Shown piece after piece: positions 58,426-64,000 of a stretch of 64,000 bases of DNA. Position 1 is the first letter of the stretch. Each line of letters begins with the position of its first letter. The stretch comes from Antedon mediterranea (taxonomy: Eukaryota > Animalia > Echinodermata): positions 32,622,304-32,686,303 of the forward strand of contig NC_092671.1 of assembly GCF_964355755.1 (NCBI RefSeq), read 5' to 3'. A program made the translations under genes and the position numbers. A model generated the notes under the pieces. The model searched no databases. It was not told the origin of the DNA and was given only the letters and a program-made list of their open reading frames with translations.

Positions 58426-61400
58426 GGGTGATTCTTCAGTAAGTGTCTAATTTCAGGTTTATAACAAAATTGTTTTTAAAACTTGAATTTTTTTAATTTT
58501 TAAAGTTTATTCAGATAAATGAACATGTATTACATGGCAAGCGTATGTTTGGCGCAATCTTTATTATATATTTCGTATTTTATTCGCATTTATAAATACA
58601 TGGTTCAATGTTGCTGTCATATCCGTCACATTTATGGAATATACAAAAATAGAAAAAATAACGGGTTAGGAATTATAAAATTATTTCCATTATTAATTCT
58701 TTGATACTATACAGTATTTTTTTCTCGATTAATCAAAAAATGATTGTTTTAACATTTATTTAGTATGATGTTTATACGTTTAAAACCATTTACTATTCCA
58801 AAAAATAATAATTCAGAAAATAGTATGACTGTCAGTGATGTTTTACGAAATTTTGTTGAACTAATATTTCGAACCATTGACATAGTAGAAGAATATAGTT
58901 TATATTTCAATTATACCGCAGAATTGCGTTCATTACTGAAATATTTTAGGATTTAAAAGGATAAAATATCCATGTGATGAAACCGTGACGGATATGACGA
59001 ACCTCAAAAATCATGTGACGGAAATGACTTTAAGATATGATTTGAATATGTTTATTGACCAGAGTCACATAGATACAATATAATAACATAATAAAGATAA
59101 ACAAAACAAAATGTACAACAAGAAAAGGCCCTGGCAATAACAAAAAGTCATATCCGTCACTGGCCGTCATCTCCGTCACAACGAAACATTGGGAAATGAG
59201 ACGGAGCTGACCGTGATGGAGATGATGTATTTAGCTTAGAACAGCCCAGGATCACCTCGTAGGCATGTCTGACAGCGGAGACGGAGTACATACTTCTAGA
59301 TACCGTGAATAAATTGTACTTCCAATAGAAAAAAAATCAGGAATTATAATTAGGTTATATGCATGATATGCATATAACCTAATCTGTCAAAATCTTTATT
59401 TATTTATTTATTTATTTATTCTTTCCTTAGCACCATTTTGTCCGTGCATTATCTTGGCATCAGTTTAATCTAGCTAAGTCAAGTTTTCAGAGTATATTCC
59501 TCATTGCCAGGAATCGATGTGGTTATATTTTCACGATGCGTAATCAAACATTACGCGGTCTACGCGCGATTTTACGAAATCACGTTTGTAATCATATCTT
59601 CACAAGCATGAATCACAATTAAACAAAATTTGGTACTCATAAATTTCAGGTCATATTTCATCATATGGCAATAAAATTACGTGCGTAGCGCATATAACGC
59701 TTGCGTACGCGCGCTTAAAATGTTCAAAATTGTGAAAATTTATTTTCGATGAAATTAGAGTACGTTTCAGGCAATTTTAAGCGTTTAAAAAATTGCCATG
59801 AGTGCGCAAATTTTTGCACGCGCACTGCGCGTTAAACGTTAATGCGCACTCTTTTTGCCCGATTTCTGTTTTACAATCTTTCTTTAATAATATCATCATA
59901 TTTGATTCAGGTTTCAACTCGGAATTGCGTTATACGAGCACGTCAAAAGTGATTGGCTACGCACGTATAAGTTAACAAAATGGTGAAAATATGCTAAATT
60001 TTAAAATTAATATATATCGTCAGAATGCAGGGGAACACCTATTTTTTATTTCATTTTCTTGAAGTGTATGTATCATATGTATGATTTATTATCAAATTAA
60101 GAGAACCAAAGTTGATTAAGTCATCATTAATTGCATATTAAATTTTTAAAAAAATAATTTCGACAATCAAACAAATTATGACATTTTCTTAGGCCAAAAT
60201 AACAAACTTAACATTAACTTTCTTCCTTCAAAAGTTCATATATTAAAGTTAAAAGTATGTAGTTTGACAGTGCATCATTTGTTTACATTTTAAAGATGTC
60301 ATCATAGTAAAAAATTATAATTCATTTCGGTGTGTAATAATCTATTTGCATCAAAGTGGTTACTGCATAGTAAATACACGGAGGAATCTTTCTACAACTT
60401 TTAGTCAGTTGTGTACGGCTCGATGGTCTGTGCTCGTGTCTATGGCATTCAAGGTACCGAGATCGAGTCTCACCTTGGGAAACGAAATAAGATTTTTTTT
60501 TTTTATTATCCGTATTGTTTGTTCAAATTTATTTCTTAGTGTATAGATTATACACATGATTTATAATGAAATCTAGATAAAAATTAACTTATGTCTTTAT
60601 TATTATGTAACAACAAATGTGGTTTATGACATTATACGCATATGGATCTTTGATCGGATTGTGATACCGGCTATGGTGTTCGCGTTAGCAAGGTCCTATC
60701 ATATATTATAAATAATTAAAGGTTCTGAGAAAATCAATCAATCAATATATCTTTTAAAAATCAATTATCTTTATTTAAATCAATGCATATAACCTATAAT
60801 TCGTCATAGTGACGAATTAAATCTAGTTAATTAATGAGTTCTATACCGTTCGGATATGACATTGAATAAAAGTATGCAACTGTAATTTCTCTAAAACCTC
60901 GTTTTAATAGCTTTTTTCCTCTTTTATTGAAAATGATGTGCGGCTAGTTTTATTTAAATATCTTCGTATGTTTACAACGCACAATCAATTTTTTTTCCCT
61001 GCCGTTTATTAAACTGTAGACGGCACATTTACATTATGTGACGGATATGACACAAAAGTGCGGGACAAGCTTTTTCCAAACAAAAACTTCAAAGTTTGAG
61101 ATTTAATGTATGTAGTGTATTTTGAAGAATAAAATCACATGATGTCATGATTAACTAACTTTTTACAATATTTTCAATAAAAAAAGTCCTGTTATGAAAT
61201 ATATACAGTGATCATATTGAAGAAGTACGATCGGGACATGAGATTTTAGGGGGTTGCCTGAAACATTTTATAAAAATTAACAATATCAATGTTATTATCT
61301 TTAGTTTATGTAATTAATTATATTTACAATAATGATGATTATGATATAAGTCAAGAATTGTTATTTTTGAATGATGAATTTTCAGTCTCTATCCCACAAA

Positions 61401-61442
61401 AGTATCGGGACACGATTTTAGACACTTACTGAAGAATGACCC
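58426..61442. mobile_element. Non-autonomous Sola-like TIR element (GGG termini, AAAT TSD) containing a nested Helentron-like element
   Basis: 25-bp TIRs GGGTSATTCTTCAGTAAGTGTCTAA (24/25); AAAT at 58422-58425 and 61443-61446; internal CATATCCGTCAC / GTGACGGATATG repeats. Confidence 0.8.
59344..60826 (+). mobile_element. Helentron-like non-autonomous element (family C)
   Basis: 5' palindrome TAGGTTATATGCATGATATGCATATAACCTA, (TTTA)n, 3' subterminal IR ATGCATATAACCTA, hairpin ATTCGTCATAGTGACGAAT, CTAG. Confidence 0.8.
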
Positions 61443-61500
61443 AAATAACATCTTACTTCTGGCAATCTTATATAATAATATCTTATTGGCTAATTTTTAG

Positions 61501-61892
61501 GGGTGTCTAGAAAACTCAGATCTGAGATATATCTGAGTTTTCTAGATCTAGAAAACTCAGATATCTGCCTGACAACGTGTGGGCGCTATCGCGATGTATC
61601 GCGAAGAGTAGGCCTGGTCTTACAGTACTAGACTAGAAGTGGTCAACTCGTACCCAAAATAACTCGTACCTATTCCCAACTTGGCTAACTTGTACCTCAA
61701 CCAACTCGTACCCACACCACATCATGTTTAAGCCTATATTTTAACGGTAACATGCACTGTATTTTCTTTATGATTTAAGCCGTAGGCCGCTTCTACAATA
61801 TTAATTTTAATTCAGTAATCAGTTTTAATATATTCTAGTATTTCAAATGATCTGAGATCTGAGTTTTCTAGATCTGAGTTTTCTAGACACCC
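61501..61892. mobile_element. MULE-like MITE with 9-bp TSD
   Basis: TIR GGGTGTCTAGAAAACTCAGATCT; TSD AATTTTTAG (61492-61500, 61893-61901); internal AACTCGTACC repeats. Confidence 0.85.
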
Positions 61893-64000
61893 AATTTTTA
61901 GTTATATAATTTTGGATTTGCTAGCTTACATTTGTCATCTATGTTTTCGGCTTTAAAAATGTTTTATCTATAAATTTGATAACTTTTAATGGTTTGATCA
62001 AGTCAATTAAACATTTTAATAGGTCTTTTCATTGTATTGTTATAAAGGTTATATTCAAGTACTCAAGTTACTTCTCATTAACTTAACAATATTGATTTTA
62101 CACTCAATATTGAAGTTGTAATGGTCTGTTATTTTTATAGCGGCTATCTACAATCAAAATTAGCAAAAGGCAATTTAATCAAATAGGAATTATACTGCTT
62201 TACAGTACACTATAAATTATGAATGGTAAAATAAATCAACAATTTAAGGTACTGTAAGGAAAAATAAAAATTAAATTAAATGTTAAAAGGATTCTATATT
62301 CTTGTGAAAAAAAAAGAGTATTAAGTAAAGTGTAGTACTACTGTACTACAACAGAAATTGATGAAAATAGTCATATTGAAAAGTTTCGGCCGATTTTATC
62401 CAGTTTGTGTTTGAAGGTTACACCATGGCTGCTCACACTGTAGCATTCGGCAAGTACCATTCGAAAAGAGGGTAATCATATTGACAAACCCTTGGAAATA
62501 AATACAGTAGATCCACAGACTTTTTTTTATATAAACAAAACATATATAATAATATAACTTCATTTTATGAATAAATACATATATCTTTTGTTTGTAGCTA
62601 AACTAAGAATATCTGCTATAATATTTTGACACAAAGTTGTTTTCCAACCATTGTACAAACACATCTTCCAATTAAAAAATCCAAAATCTGTAAAACAAAA
62701 AAATAAACAGTAAAGTTTTTTGTTTTGAAATTGTTATGAAATTAAAGTTAGGCCTATCTATTTTATAAACACTTTAACTTCAAAATTGACAACTGATGAA
62801 CCAACCACTTCACCAAAATGTGAATGGTACATTCCCAATCTATCGCTAAACCGCTACAGAAACGGTAGGCCTAGGCAATATACCACTTTTTAAAACTGCT
62901 CTCACTAAATAATTATTAAGTTTTACAAATTATAAATAATATCAAACTAGTACCTTTATAATAGTAAAATCAATACTTTAACTAGCTTTTTAAGTTATAA
63001 AACAGCAATTTTACGTGATATTATAAAGCTACTTCGTACATTTCTATGTGGACTCAGCTATAGATTTTGGGTAACGCTATCTTCCCAGTGCTTAAGGAAA
63101 ACTTGCTGTGATTGGCTTCTTTCATACAAAAGTTCGATGAGGATACTTGACCAATGAAAATAAGTTTAAGATCATTGTTTGGCAAACATTACAAGCTTGC
63201 TAAAAGTTTTTGGACAAAGAAAATTGCTCTAGAAACAGCGGAGTTGTGATGCAAAATGTTGAAGCTTGATCAGTCAAAATCGGGATTTTCGCGTAATTTA
63301 CGCTGCAAATATAGGGCCTAACTAAATTGGTTACATAAAACCTTAAAGTCCGACACTAATATTTATAACATTTACTTTTAATTGCAATATAAAATAAGGT
63401 TTTGTTTTGATCTTATTAAATCTTTTTGGACAAAAAAAATCGACCTACTAGTTCAAAAGTTATGATACAAAAACTGCCAAAATTTGTAGTTTTCCAACAT
63501 ATCGAGCTTCCGCTACGGAAACGTGTGCCATAAAACTTTTCAATATGTTGTAGTAGGCCTGATAATGAAAAAAGTATATATAATTCAATTCTCTCAACAT
63601 TTATTTTGACTGATAAATAAAATACAAGGTCAATTTGTTCATGAAAATGTTTCAAGTAGATCAAGTACAAGAAAAATAAAAATATATTAGAAAAACCCAC
63701 AAGGTATTACGTAACATACAATAAGACAAGACAAGTACATTAAAATAACAGAGAAAATGTGCCGTATACAAAGAAATATAATGTTTCTTAATGTTCTTAC
63801 GAAAAACAGGGATAGATACTATTTTTTATGTGGTCATCAATGTAGTGTTCCATAGAAAATGAACATTTAAAAATGAAAATAGTACAGTACAAGATACTGA
63901 GTACAGTAGGTGCACAATAGCAGGAACAAAATTGCATATTTTTTATTTATACTAGGTCGTGTCCACAGATGGTTCTCGAATACACAGTAATTTCAGCGTA

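Noticed and set aside
57918-64000. Search for the KCNQ1 S1 exon and first exon
   Set aside because: No S1-like open segment with splice sites was recognised; probably beyond the window.

Overview
AT-rich metazoan genomic DNA, most consistent with a marine invertebrate deuterostome such as an echinoderm (inference from gene and repeat types). Two host genes lie here. One is an intronless class-A GPCR (+, 13228-14187). The other is the 3' eleven coding exons of a KCNQ1-like voltage-gated K+ channel (-, 57917 down to the stop at 24940; 1407 nt, GT-AG introns, frame continuous; the 5' exons were not found in the window). The rest is mostly mobile DNA: a full-length Gmr1-type LTR retrotransposon with a SCAN-like Gag inside a KCNQ1 intron, a decayed CR1/L2-type LINE, Penelope-like remnants, two Sola-like TIR elements, Kolobok, MULE and Harbinger MITEs, many Helentron/Helitron-like non-autonomous elements and several minisatellites. 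The most striking region is 680-5100. There a type-I hammerhead ribozyme is split exactly in stem III by a 2.18-kb TIR element. Its 3' flank runs into three 364-bp tandem units, each carrying a well-folded tRNA-like gene with the unusual anticodon AUC, and these units share motifs with a neighbouring tRNA-like (AGU) module. Paralogous repeat copies also show TA-GGCC-TA micro-insertions that look like transposon excision footprints. All alignments and folds were done by eye.
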